Part shown: in pieces, positions 1-13,000 of the stretch
How the letters are laid out: each line of letters begins with the position of its first letter
Position numbering within the stretch: position 1 is the stretch's first letter
Assembly: GCA_964016885.1 (NCBI GenBank)
Contig: OZ024765.1
Location: 7,316,001 to 7,380,000 of the forward strand
Length of the DNA stretch: 64,000 nucleotides
DNA from: Eledone cirrhosa
Lineage: Eukaryota
Reading direction: 5' to 3'
Program-made: the position numbers and the translations under genes
Notes under the pieces: generated by a model
Seen by the model: only the letters and a program-made list of their open reading frames with translations
What the model was told of the DNA's origin: nothing
The model's database searches: none

Positions 1-619
1 ATAGTTTTGTGTCCTATCCAAGGAACAAGGGGAGTCTTGTACACTCAGTAACTTAATGCTGATGAAAAATAAAACCGAGTATAAGCACCGGCCTCACGAA
101 TCTCCAAGCTTGAGACAGACATTAACCCTGCGATGGACTGGGGTCTTATCCAGGGGCTGAGGAAGTCTTTCGTTTTTCTTCACTTAACGCGGATGAAAAA
201 TGAAACCAATAATAAGCACTCGCCTGATGAGCTTCCAGACTTGGAACAGAGTTTATTTTTCAACTTAAACTACAAGTATGATAATCACCATTCACCCGAT
301 CTTCACCATTTCTTGCAGTGTCTCCTGCGATTCTTTCTTTAGACATTCTAACCACTTGTCCATAATGTCCTAGCTTCATTCCAAATTAATTCAACTTTAA
401 ACCATTAACTTTATATCTTTCAACTTAAACTACAAATGTAAAAATCACCAGCCGAATGTGTTTTCAACGAATCTGACCTCCAAACCCATTGGAAAGTATT
501 GGGGGAGATCTTTAGAAAACGGAGGGGTGTGGATAAGGAACACTCCGGGGTTTTCTTTGTAATTATTATCTTCTTTTTCTTCGCCCACTAATTCCTGAGA
601 GGGTCATGGGGGCAGAATA

Positions 620-1052
620 ATAAAACACTCTTTCCGGCAGGTCCTGTCAGAAGCAACCGTTTCTTAACTGATCCGGCTGGATCTCCAAGCGTGACCAGCC
701 AAGCACATGGATATTATCCAACCATCTTGCTCGGGATCTCCTCCTCGGTCTCCTGCCCGTAAAATCTGTCCTGAGTTATACTAACCACATACCCATAGTA
801 TCGGAGCTATGATCTCTCAATTTGGAGAAGTATCGGTTGTACCTGGAGTGACTTTCTGATCTCCGGGCTACAAATATCTCCAGCAATTCTTTCCTATGAC
901 ATTCTAACTACATGCCCATAGTATCGGAGCTATGATCTCTCAATTCGGAGAAGTATCGTCTCTACCTGGAGTGACTCTCTGATCTCCGATCTATGCACTT
1001 TATCGAGTAACATTACTCCAAAGACCCTTCCGAGGAACCCCATTTCGGCCGC

Positions 1053-1055
<3 letters not shown>
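620..1055 (-). mobile_element. RTE-clade LINE 3' fragment with internal ~123 bp tandem duplication
   Basis: Translates to QAAEMGFLGRVFGVMLLDKVHRSEIRESLQVETILLRIERS, the RTE C-terminal region. Confidence 0.7.
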
Positions 1056-1085
<30 letters not shown>

Positions 1086-1129
1086 AACGAATCTGACGTT
1101 GAAACCAGTCGGAAATGACTCGTTTTTTC

Positions 1130-3690
1130 GCAAACAGAAGATGGAAGGCGGCGAATGGAATGCATAGTAGAATTCGTTACGGCCCACTATGTTCTGAGTT
1201 TAAATCTCACCCTGGTCCACTTTGCCTTTCGTCTTTCTGGGATCAATAAAAGCAAGCACCAATCAAGTACTGGGGTCGATTTAATTTACTTTCCCCTTCC
1301 GCTAAATTCTTGGCTTTGTATCTAAAGCAGAAGTTATTATTGCTGGTAATCGGTTGAGCGTTGAACAACGTATTTTGTGGTGTAGAGTTACGGGCCTTTA
1401 TTTATGAGTTCAAATCTCGCCGCGGTCAACATTACTTTTCATCTTTCCAGGGTCGATAAAATCTAGTACTGGGGGACGATATAATCACTTGCCCCTTCCC
1501 CTAAATTCTTGGCCTTGAGTCTAAAGTAGAAATCACTATCGGCAGCAATCGGTGGAGCGTCGGACAACATGCTTTGCAGCATAGAGTTACGTCCCTTTAC
1601 GTTCTGAGTTCAAATCCTGCCGAGGTTAGCTTTGCCTTTTATCCTTACGTGGTCGATTAGCAAAGCACCAGTAATGCACTGGGGTCGATTTAATCGACTC
1701 CTCCCCCTAAAATTGCTGGCCTTGTGCCTAAATCAGAAATTTGGCAGTATCGGTAGAGGGTCGGACGCCATGCTTTCCAGCATAGAGTTACGTCCCTTTA
1801 CGATCTGAGTTCAAATCCCGCCGAGGTTGACTTTGTCTTTCATCCTTACGGGGTCGATAAAATAAAGTACCAGTAATGCACTGAGTGATTGCTGGCCTTG
1901 TGCCTAAAGTAGAAATCATTATTATAGTTTATCCCAGTTTGTTACTCGCTGTAAACCAATTACCGTATTTTTGTTGTTTTTACTTCGCGGCGAATTGGCA
2001 GAGTCGGTAGAATGCCTTGTGGTATTTGTTCCAGCTCTCTGTGCTCTAAGTTCAAATCCCACCGAAGTCTACTTTGGCTTTCATCCTTTTGAGATTGATA
2101 CAAAAAAAATTACCAGCCAAGTACTGGAATCGATTCTTCCTCTATATCTCTTATCTCTTTCTTACTTCCTTTCTATCCCTCTCGCTTTCTCTCTCTCTCT
2201 TACTTTCTTTCTCTCTTCTCTGGCAGAAATCGGCTGTGTTCAAACCTGGAGAGATAACGGGATGGTCTCTGTCAAGTTTAAAAGCACTCCCAACCCCTAC
2301 GACTCCATGAGGAATTACGGATCCATACACATATATCATTTTTCTTGACATAATTGAATTTTGCTCTGTCATCAATGGCATGGCCACTTGTGACTTGCAA
2401 AAGAATTCTTTATTCTATTTATCTTTTAAAAAAAAAAAAAAGAGACTGTCGTGCGACAAAGATTGCCGTTTCTATTTACGGCACTCCAGTAGTTCACCCT
2501 GTGACAGGAAAAAAGTCGTTTCTATGTAACAAGCAGGATTTTCATTCACTTTCTCTGATTGGTCGATTTTATGGAGATTTAAATTCAATTCTTTTGAACT
2601 CTAAATATGTGAACGACAAAGATAGTAATTACTAATTTAGGCACAAGGCCAAGAAATTTTGGAGGAGAATAGAAAGTCGATTAAATCGATCGCAGTACTT
2701 CACATGTACTTTATTTTCTCGACATCCCTTGAAAGATGAAAGGCAAAGTTGATCTAGGTGGATTTTGAAGTTAGAGGGCTGGAACGAATACCCCAAAGCA
2801 TTCTAGCCGATATGCTAACGATTCTTGTCCCAATTTTCTGCCTTTGTTTTGTCTATAAAGCTCCGAATTTCCACATGAGATTGTTTGTACGGGACAATAA
2901 CATAGTTAATAGTATATGTATGGATCCGTATAACTCCTGATGTAGACGTAGGGGCGCCGTCGTAACATGCAGCATGTCTTGGGTATTTTAAACCTGGCGG
3001 GGCAATCGAGCTTGTAAATAGCTGGAATAAATACTGATAATGCTATGATTTTTATTTATTTATTTTATTTATGTGTTTTGAACGAATGTAGCCTTCAAAA
3101 ACCACCGTAAATTAATCGTATTCTGTAGTTAACACCACCCGAACTTCCATAATACCCGTTTCGTAGACGTGTAATAATGGTTTCTTATATCGGCACAAGG
3201 CCAGCAATTTGAGGGAAGGGGAAAGTCGATTAAATCGACCCCAGTGCGTGACTGGTACTTTATTTTATCGACCCAGTAAGGATGAAAGGCAATGTTAACC
3301 TCGGGAAGACGTGTGTAATAATAAAAATCGACTACAAATATTTATTCGTTACTTAAGTAACTCAGCATGAGTTCAAATCCCACCTAGGTTAACTTTACAT
3401 TTCATCCTTATGAGTCGATAAAATAAAGTACCAGTAATGCACTGGATAAATTGCTGGCCTTGTGCCAAAAGTACAAACAATTATTATTATTATTTGGCAG
3501 AGTCGGTAAAGCGTCAGACACCCTGCTTTGCAGCATAGAGTTACAACCCTTTATGTTCTGAGTTCACCCACCCGCCGAGGTTAGCTTTGTCTTCCATCCT
3601 TACGGGGTCAATAAATAAAGTACCAGTAATACACTGAAGTCGATTCAATCGACTTTCCCCTCCCCTCCAAAAAATTGATGGCCATTATTT
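1130..3690. mobile_element. Cluster of octopod-type tRNA-derived SINE copies, both orientations
   Basis: Recurrent A-box tggcagtatcgg, B-box gagttcaaatcc, body ctttgcctttcatccttacggggtcgataaaataaagtaccag and ttgctggccttgtgcc tail. Confidence 0.85.
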
Positions 3691-3717
3691 TTTTTATTAT
3701 TATATATATATATATAT

Positions 3718-3750
<33 letters not shown>

Positions 3751-3829
3751 TTTACGTCCGCTTTTCCCTGCTTGCAAGGGTGGGACGGGTCTTATTCAGC
3801 ACAGCATCTCTCCAAAATCTATATAAGAT

Positions 3830-4390
3830 GGTTGTGTTGTTGACAAGAAAAAGCACCTCGTCAACCCTATTCGGTGGTCATGTTGGTGACACAAGAAAAA
3901 GCTCCTAGTCCACCCTGTAAGGTGGTTGTGCTGGCAACAAGATAAAAACTGCTCTGTCCACCCTGTTAGGTGGTCATGTTGGTGACATGAGAAAAAGCAT
4001 CCAGTCTACCCTGTAAGGTGATTGCATTGGTGACACAAGAAAAAGCACCCAGTGCACCCTGTAAGATGGTTGTGTTAGTGACACAAGAAAAAGCTCTTAG
4101 TCCACCCTGTAAGTAGGTTGTGTTGGTGACATGAGAAAAATCACCATGTCCAATCTGTAAGTAGGTTGTGTTGGTGATACGAGAAAAAACACCATGTCCA
4201 ACCTGTAAGTTGGTTGTGTTGGTAACACAACAAAAAGCACCCTGTCCAAACTATAAGTTGGTTGTGTTGGTGACACGACAAAAAGCACCCTGTCCAACCT
4301 ATAAGGTAGTCATGCTGGTGATATGACAAAAAGCACCAAGTCAACCCTGTTAGATTGTTTGTTTGGCATGATAAAAAATAACCAGTCCTC
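3830..4390 (+). repeat. Degenerate ~57-60 bp tandem array inside an RTE-tailed SINE
   Basis: About 9 copies of ccaccctgtaag...gtgttggtgaca...aaaaagcacc. Confidence 0.75.
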
Positions 4391-4544
4391 ATTGTAAAAT
4401 GGATGGTGTTAGGAAGGACATCCAGCCATAGAAATAAAGCCAAAATACAGACATGTATGAAGAAGACATAGTCTCTGGACCAGACTTGTCCCATAATATG
4501 ACAACCCATCTAACCCATGCAAACATGGAAAAATAGACATTAAA

Positions 4545-5160
4545 TACATATATGCAGCATGGTAGTGAAACATAGGCTTTGGCTGCAAAAGACATGTAGA
4601 CTGGTGCGAAATGAAGCAACCATGCTTCATTGGATGTACAATGTAAATGTGAGAGAAAGGCAGAGCTTGGATGAGTTGAGGGAGAAGCTAGGTTTAACAT
4701 TTTAGCATTTAAACCGGCCATATCCGGCCAGAATTCTTTCACCTCTTTCTGATATTAAGGTATTGTTCTCAAAATAAATAATATAAAAATCCCATAGATT
4801 CGATATTATGTGAGGTAAAGCGTTTACCATGAAAATATAATAGTAAATATAGAGTAATGTAAATGCTAAAGGTTTAAGAGAAATCCAAGGTGGTGTGCAG
4901 GAGAGAAGACTGCATTGGTATGGATGTGTAATGTGCATGGGTGTTAATTGCTGCACAAGGAAATCTCACTGAAAGGAAACCGCAGTAGAGATAGACCAAG
5001 AAAGACCTGGGCAGAGGTTGTGAGAGCTGACCTCAAATCACTGAGACTCACAGACGAGATGATGAAGCAATGTGACAAGTGGAGAGATGCCTTGCTGAGA
5101 AGAACCCATCCAATCCATGTAAGCGTGGAAAAATGGACGCAAAAGAGTTGATGATGACCA
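4545..5160 (+). mobile_element. RTE LINE 3' fragment split by a piggyBac-like MITE (~4698-4873) at TTAA
   Basis: RTE peptide RPRKTWAEVVRADL; MITE with tttagcattta/taaatgctaaa TIRs and TTAA on both sides. Confidence 0.8.
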
Positions 5161-5516
5161 TGATGGTAAATGTATATAAATGTATATATCATCATCATCA
5201 TTATCGTTTAACGTCCAGCTTTCGCACTAGTATGGGTTAGACAGTTTTGTTCCATTTGATGCGGGATTGGTTGGGAGACTGTGTTTCGCTCGTACATAAG
5301 TGTCTCTGGCAGGTTTTCTACGGCTGGATGCCCTTCCTAACACCAACCACTTTTACAGTGTGGACTGGGAGCCTTTTTATTGTGTCTCCTACACAACCAC
5401 TTTACAGTGTGGACTGGGTGCTTTTTGTTGTGTCACCGACACAGTGGATGGGGCAGGGTGCATATTGGGTTAAGAGGTGCCTACTGTGTACATATTATAT
5501 ATATATACACACACTC

Positions 5517-5554
<38 letters not shown>

Positions 5555-5569
5555 ATGCAAAAAGTAAAC

Positions 5570-5700
5570 AGAAACAACAAAACAAACAACACAGTGCAGT
5601 AAAGAAATATATTAGTTTAACATTTGATATAGTAAAAAAAGGTGTTTTGGACCACTAGTCCTTCATCAGGAGACAGAATGAGAAATAAAAAAAGAAATAA
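5570..5700 (-). mobile_element. Penelope-like pLTR fragment with degenerate hammerhead core
   Basis: Minus strand CTGATGA-aggac-tagtg-gtcc-AAAAC; downstream sequence similar to 13340-13380. Confidence 0.5.
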
Positions 5701-5839
5701 AAAGACAGTGAGAAGAGGAAGAAATGGAAAAATAATTTTTTTAGAAAATGCACATGTATGTTCAGTCAGCCATTTTGGGGTATATGTATATATGTATGTA
5801 TGTATGTATAGAAGAAGTGTACGTATGTGTATATATATG

Positions 5840-6725
5840 TGTAGCAGTTGCCTCCCTTGTTGTGACTCACAACCCCAATAGATTAACAACATCTAGACGG
5901 AAAGTAGAACCCTTTCTGTAACTTCCGGTCAGAACCCTATAAAACTAACAACTTTAAGTTCTCACTCTCTCATTTGCCCTTCCGGCGCCTGGCCTTCGCC
6001 AGGCGTCTTCTGCCAGCCTGTGTTTGCCTGGCAATCAAAACGGTAACTACTAACTTTGCTTCAGTCTTCCGTTTATTCATTGACATGTCAACTATACTGT
6101 TAAATTGTTGATTAAATATTATACACACAAACCATGTCTCCTTGTTACATTCATACACGCTAGTATTTCCGCTACATATTGGTAACCCTGACGTGATACG
6201 AACACGCAGCCGTTCATTGTTATAAGTGGTCACCCCGAAAAAAGAAAAAAATAGCAGAATCTGGTGTTGTGTGAGTAACATTACGAATACACAGCAAATT
6301 TATTGACAAACTATGAAAATACTCAGTCAAAGAAACGAACACACGCACATGTGAAATTCGCGTTCAGACAGACTTTTTCTCTCACGCATCAACTAACTGT
6401 CGCATTTCACGATATATATACAAGGAGACATGGTTTGTGTGTATAATATTTAATCAACAATTTAACAGTATAGTTGACATGTCAATGAATAAACGAAAGA
6501 ATGAAGCAAAGTTAGTAGTTACCGTTTTGATTGCCAGGCAAACGCAGGCTGGCAGAAGACGCCTGGCGAAGGCCAGGCGCCAGAAGGGCAAATGAAAGAG
6601 TGAGAACTTAAAGTTGTTAGTTTTATAGGGTTCTGACCGGAAGTTACAGAAAGGGTTCTACTTCCCATCTAGATGTTGTTAATCTATTGGGGCTGTGAGT
6701 CACAACAAGGGAGGCAACTGCTACA
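5840..6725. mobile_element. Non-autonomous DNA transposon with ~306 bp TIRs (Ginger/TDD-like)
   Basis: Arms 5840-6145 and 6420-6725 are near-perfect reverse complements; termini TGT...ACA; 4 bp target duplication TATG at 5836-5839 and 6726-6729. Confidence 0.8.
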
Positions 6726-6821
6726 TATGTATATGTGTGTGTATGTATGTGTATTTTTATGCTTATATATATATACTATTTATAATATGCAAGTGTTTGC
6801 TGTGTTTGTTTTTCCAGCTTT

Positions 6822-7027
6822 TTACTTTATAAAATGTGGCCATTTCTTTATAATATTATAGAGATTATCACCAGGACAATCTGTGTTACCGACATCCCTA
6901 TGGCCAGCAAGTGTGTATAGTTTTATGATTTGATTTTTGTCTCTGGAACATCCAATCATTTTCATCAATGAAGTTAGTGCATCTTTAGAAGGTTGCTGTT
7001 TCATGAAATCTCCAAGGAGACAAATTC
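6822..7027 (-). CDS. PGRP: PGRP last coding exon ([14 protein letters not shown]...[27 protein letters not shown])
   Basis: Acceptor atacag, phase 1; GHRD and TDCPG motifs; stop at 6822. Confidence 0.95.
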
Positions 7028-10000
7028 CTGTATGAATTAATTAGAAATAAAAGAAAAACATATATGTGTATATATTGATGATGATGATGATGATTTAAAT
7101 ATCTTACTGTCTGTCTTATACTATAGTGAAAGTGGCTGAGTATTCCACAGTCATGACTACTCTTAACATAGTTCTCAGGGAGATTCAGCATGACACAGTG
7201 TGTGGCAAGGCTAACCCTATGAATTACAGTTTTAGGGTACAGTCCATCCTATATTATATTGTAAGTGGTTGAGCATTCCACAGACATGTGTAGCCTTAAC
7301 ACAGTTCTCAGGGAGATTCAGCATGACACTGTGGGTGACAAGTCTGACCGAGTGAATTACAGGTACAGTCTATCTTGTATTATGTTGTAGCGGTGGATTG
7401 GCAGTATCGGACGCCATGTTTTGCAACAAAGAGTTATGGCCCTTTATGGTCTGAGTTCAAATCCCGCCGAGGTTAACTTTGCCTTTCATCCTTACGGGGT
7501 CGATAAAATAAAGTACCAGTAATACAGTGATATAATTGCTGGCCTTGTGCCAAATGTAGAAACAAATATATTTTAAGTGGCTGAACATTGTCGAGACACG
7601 TGTACCCATAATGTAATTCTCAGGGAGATTCAACATGACACAGTGTTCAACAAGGCTGGCCCATTGAATTACAGGTACAGTCCATCTAACAGGCTTCCAA
7701 ACAGTCTCCGTCAACCCTCTTTCACTCTCAAGGCACAGGTTGACGCAAGATCGCTGACAGGAGAATTGACTCGGGGACCTTATAATTACAAAACAAACCT
7801 CTGAACTAAATGACCATGCTCCATCCACACCTCTCCTCCCACAAAACTAAAGAAATACAACACCACTCACAACCACAGTTAACCCCAAGGAACCCAACAA
7901 TTTTCCAATTGGTATGTTATAACTAAGAGCAGAGGCTTCAATTATTGACTAACCAAACCCTTCTATTAACCCTAGGAAACCCAGAGAAGAGGCCTTGATT
8001 GCTAACCAGCCAAACCCTTCTATTAACCCAAGGAAACCCAGAGAAGAGGGCTCGATTGCTAACCAGCCAAACCCTTCTATTAACCCTAGGAAACCCAGAG
8101 AAGAGGCCTTGATTGCTAACCAGCCAAACCCTTCTATTAACCCAAGGAAACCCAGAGAAGAGGGCTCGATTGCTAACCAGCCAAACCCTTCTATTAACCC
8201 TAGGAAACCCAGAGAAGAGGCCTTGATTGCTAACCAGCCAAACCCTTCTATTAACCCTAGGAAACCCAGAGAAGAGGCCTTGATTGCTAACCAGCCAAAC
8301 CCTTCTATTAACCCAAGGAAACCCAGAGAAGAGGGCTCGATTGCTAACCAACCAAACCCTTCCGTTAACCCCTAGGAAACCCAGAGAAGAGGCCTAAATA
8401 TTAACCAGCCAAACCCTTCTATTAACCCAAGGAAACCCGCGAAGAAGCCTCAATTGTTAACCAGTCAAACCCTTCTATTAACCCAAGGAAACCCAGAGAA
8501 GAGGGCTCGATTTCTAACCAACCAAACACCCTTCCGTTAACCCCTAGGAAACCCAGAGAAGAGGCCTAAATATTAACCAGCCAAACCCTTCTATTAACCC
8601 AAGGAAACTCAGCGAAGAAGCCTCAATTGTTAACCAGTCAAACCCTTCTATTAACCCAAGGAAACCCAGAGAAGAGGCCTCAATTGTTGACCAACCTCAC
8701 TTTTCTATTAACTACAAGAAACCCGGAACAGGGGCCTCAAATTTTAACCAACCAAACCCTTCTGTTAACTCCAGGAAATGGGGACCAACTCTGCCCTTCT
8801 GTTAACTCCAGAAGACCCAAGGCATGGGGCCCCGACTGTTGGCCAACTCTGCCCTTCTGTTAACTCCAGAAATCCAGGTATAAGTTCCTGACTGCTGACC
8901 AACTCTGCCTTTCTGTTAACTCCAGAAGACCCAAGGCATGGGGCCCCGACTGTTGGCCAACTCTGCCCTTCTGTTAACCCCAGAAATCCAGGTATGAGAC
9001 CCTGACTGCTGACCAACTCTGCCCTTCTGTTAACTCCAGAAATCCAGGTATAAGTTCCTGACTGCTGACCGACTCGCCCTTCTGTTAACCCCAGAAATCC
9101 AGATATGAGACCCTGACTGCTGACCAACTCTGCCCTTCTGTTAACTCCAGAAATCCAGGTATGAGACCCTGACTGCTGACCAACTCTGCCCTTCTGTTAA
9201 CTCCAGAAATCCAGGTATAAGTTCCTGACTGCTGACCAACTCTGCCCTTCTGTTAACTCCAGAAATCCAGGTATGAGTCCCTGACTGCTGACCAACTCTG
9301 CCCTTCTGTTAACTCCAGAAATCCAGGTATGAGACCCTGACTGCTGACCAACTCTGCCCTTCTGTTAACTCCAGAAATCCAGGTATGAGACCCTGACTGC
9401 TGACCAACTCTGCCCTTCTGTTAACCCCAGAAATCCAGGTATGAGACCCTGACTGCTGACCAACTCTGCCCTTCTGTTAACTTCAGAAGACCCAAGGCAT
9501 GGGGCCCCGACTGTTGGCCAACTCTGCCCTTCTGTTAACTCCAGAAATCCAGGTATGAGACCCTGACTGCTGACCAACTCTGCCCTTCTGTTAACTCCAG
9601 AAATCCAGGTATGAAACCCTGACTGCTGACCAACTCTGCCCTTCTGTTAACCCCAGAAATCCAAGTATGAGACCCTGACTGCTGACCAACTCTGCCCTTC
9701 TGTTAACCCCAGAAATCCAAGTATGAGACCCTGACTGCTGACCAACTCTGCCCTTCTGTTAACCCCAGAAATCCAAGTATGAGACCCTGACTGCTGACCA
9801 ACTCTGCCCTTCTGTTAACCCCAGAAATCCAAGTATGAGTCCCTGACTGCTGACCAACTCTGTCCTTCTGTTAACTCCAGAAATCCAGGTATGAGACCCT
9901 GACTGCTGACCAACTCTGCCCTTCTGTTAACCCCAGAAATCCAAGTATGAGACCCTGACTGCTGACCAACTCTGCCCTTCTGTTAACCCCAGAAATCCAA

Positions 10001-13000
10001 GTATGAGTACCTGACTGCTGACCAACTCTGCCCTTCTGTTAACTCCAGAAATCCAGGTATGAGACCCTGACTGCTGACCAACTCTGCCCTTCTGTTAACT
10101 CCAGAAATCCAGGTATGAGACCCTGACTGCTGACCATCTCTGCCCTTCTGTTAACTCCAGAAATCCAGGTATGAGTCCCTGACTGCTGACCAACTCTGCC
10201 CTTCTGTTAACTCCAGAAGACCCAAGGCATGGGGCCCCGACTGTTGGCCAACTCTGCCCTTCTGTTAACTCCAGAAATCCAGGTATGAGACCCTGACTGC
10301 TGACCAACTCTGCCCTTCTGTTAACCCCAGAAATCCAGGTATGAGACCCTGACTGCTGACCAACTCTGCCCTTCTGTTAACCCCAGAAATCCAGGTATGA
10401 GACCCTGACTGCTGACCAACTCTGCCCTTCTGTTAACCCCAGAAATCCAGGTATGAGACCCTGACTGCTGACCAACTCTGCCCTTCTGTTAACCCCAGAA
10501 ATCCAGGTATGAGACCCTGACTGCTGACCAACTCTGCCCTTCTGTTAACCCCAGAAATCCAGGTATGAGACCCTGACTGCTGACCAACTCTGCCCTTCTG
10601 TTAACTCCAGAAATCCAGGTATGAGACCCTGACTGCTGACCAACTCTGCCCTTCTGTTAACCCCAGATATCCAAGTATGAGTCCCTGACTGCTGACCAAC
10701 TCTGCCCTTCTGTTAACTCCAGAAGACCCAAGGCATGGGGCCCCAACTGTTGGCCAACTCTGCCCTTCTGTTAACTCCAGAAATCCAGGTATGAGACCCT
10801 GACTGCTGACCAACTCTGCCCTTCTGTTAACCCCAGAAATCCAGGTATGAGACCCTGACTGCTGACCAACTCTGCCCTTCTGTTAACTCCAGAAATCCAG
10901 GTATGAGACCCTGACTGCTGACCAACTCTGCCCTTCTGTTAACTCCAGAAATCCAGGTATGAGACCCTGACTGCTGACCAACTCTGCCCTTCTGTTAACC
11001 CCAGAAATCCAGGTATGAGACCCTGACTGCTGACCAACTCTGCCCTTCTGTTAACTCCAGAAATCCAGGTATGAGACCCTGACTGCTGACCAACTCTGCC
11101 CTTCTGTTAACTCCAGAAATCCAGGTATGAGTCCCTGACTGCTGACCAACTCTGCCCTTCTGTTAACTCCAGAAATCCAGGTATGAGACCCTGACTGCTG
11201 ACCAACTCTGCCCTTCTGTTAACTCCAGAAATCCAGGTATGAGACCCTGACTGCTGACCAACTCTGCCCTTCTGTTAACCCCAGAAATCCAGGTATGAGA
11301 CCCTGACTGCTGACCAACTCTGCCCTTCTGTTAACTCCAGAAATCCAGGTATGAGACCCTGACTGCTGACCAACTCTGCCCTTCTGTTAACTCCAGAAAT
11401 CCAGGTATGAGACCCTGACTGCTGACCAACTCTGCCCTTCTGTTAACTCCAGAAATCCAGGTATGAGACCCTGACTGCTGACCAACTCTGCCCTTCTGTT
11501 AACCCCAGAAATCCAGGTATGAGACCCTGACTGCTGACCAACTCTGCCCTTCTGTTAACTCCAGAAATCCAGGTATGAGACCCTGACTGCTGACCAACTC
11601 TGCCCTTCTGTTAACTCCAGAAAACCCAAGTACTTACCAATTGATTTATCATTGTAACCCCGAGCATGGGCCCCAATAACAGACCAACCACGTCCTTCAT
11701 ACACAACGCCATTCCCACCAATCAAGAAATTGTAAGCAATGTCCCACATGTCTGGAAAACAAGAAAAGAATACATGAATAGTATTGATGGTGGTGGTGTT
11801 GGTGTGGGTGGTGGTGTAGGTGGTGGTGGTGTAGGTGATGGTGGTGTGGGTGGTGTTGTGGGTGGTGGTGGTGTATGTGGTGGTGGTGTAGGTGGTGGTG
11901 GTGGTGTGGGTGGTGTTGTGGGTGGTGGTGGTGGTGGTGTGGGTGGTGTTGTGGGTGGTGGTGGTGGTGGTGTAGGTGGTGGTGGTGGTGTGTATGGTGG
12001 TGTAGGTGGTGGTGGTGTGGGTGGTGGTGGTGTAGGTGATGGTGTGGTGTGGGTGGTGGTGTAGGTGGTGGTGGTGTAGGTGATGGTAGTGTGGGTGGTG
12101 GTGTAGGTGGTGGTGGTGGTGGTGTGGGTGGTGGCGTAGGTGATGGTGTGGGTGGTGGTGTGGGTGGTGGTGGTGTAGGTGGTGGTGGTGTGGGTGGTGG
12201 TGTAGGTGGTGGTGTAGGTGGTGGTGGTGTGGGTGGTGGTGTAGGTGGTGGTGGTGTAGGCGGTGGTGGTGTTGGTGTGGGTGGTGGTGGTGTGGGTGGT
12301 GGTGTAAGTGGTGGTGTAGGTGATGGTGGTGTGGGTGGTAGTGTAGGTGGTGGTACTGTTGGTGGTGGTGGTGGTGTGAAGAGGTAAAGGTGGTGTTGGT
12401 GGTGTGTTGATGGTGATGGAGGTGGTGGTGTTGCTGTTGTGGTGGTGGTGTGGGTGGTGGTGTGAAGAGGTGATGGTGGTGTTGATGGTGTGATGATTGT
12501 GATGGTGGTGGAGGTGATGGTGTTGGTGGTGTGATGATGGGGAAGGTGTGGTGGTGATGGTGTTGGTGGTGTGATGGTGGTGGTGGCGGTGATGGTGTTG
12601 GTGGTGTGTGATGGTAATGGTGGTGGAGGTGATGGTGTTGGTGGTGTGTGATGGGGAAGGTGTGGTGGTGATGGTGTTGGTGGTGTGATGATGGGGAAGG
12701 TGTGGTGGTGATGGTGTTGGTGGTGTGATGGTGGTGGTGGCAGTGATGGTAATGGTGGTGGAGGTGATGGTGTTGGTGGTGTGTGATGGTAATGGTGGTG
12801 GAGGTGATGGTGTTGGTGGTGTGTGATGGTAAAGGTGGTGTTGGTGGTGTGATGATGATGGTGGAGGTGATGGTGTTGGTGGTGTGTGATGGTCAAGGTG
12901 GTGTTGCTAATGTGAGTTGGGGCTTGTACTGGTGCTACATACAACACCCCCCCCCACACACACACACATACAGACATGTGGCAGGTACACATACTTACTC

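Noticed and set aside
224-240. CTGATGA suggesting a hammerhead core
   Set aside because: No downstream GAAA or stems; part of a SINE tail.
8781-11628. Regular repeats superficially like a CRISPR array (also 23635-24483 and the 61 bp arrays)
   Set aside because: No unique spacers, no cas genes, eukaryotic context.
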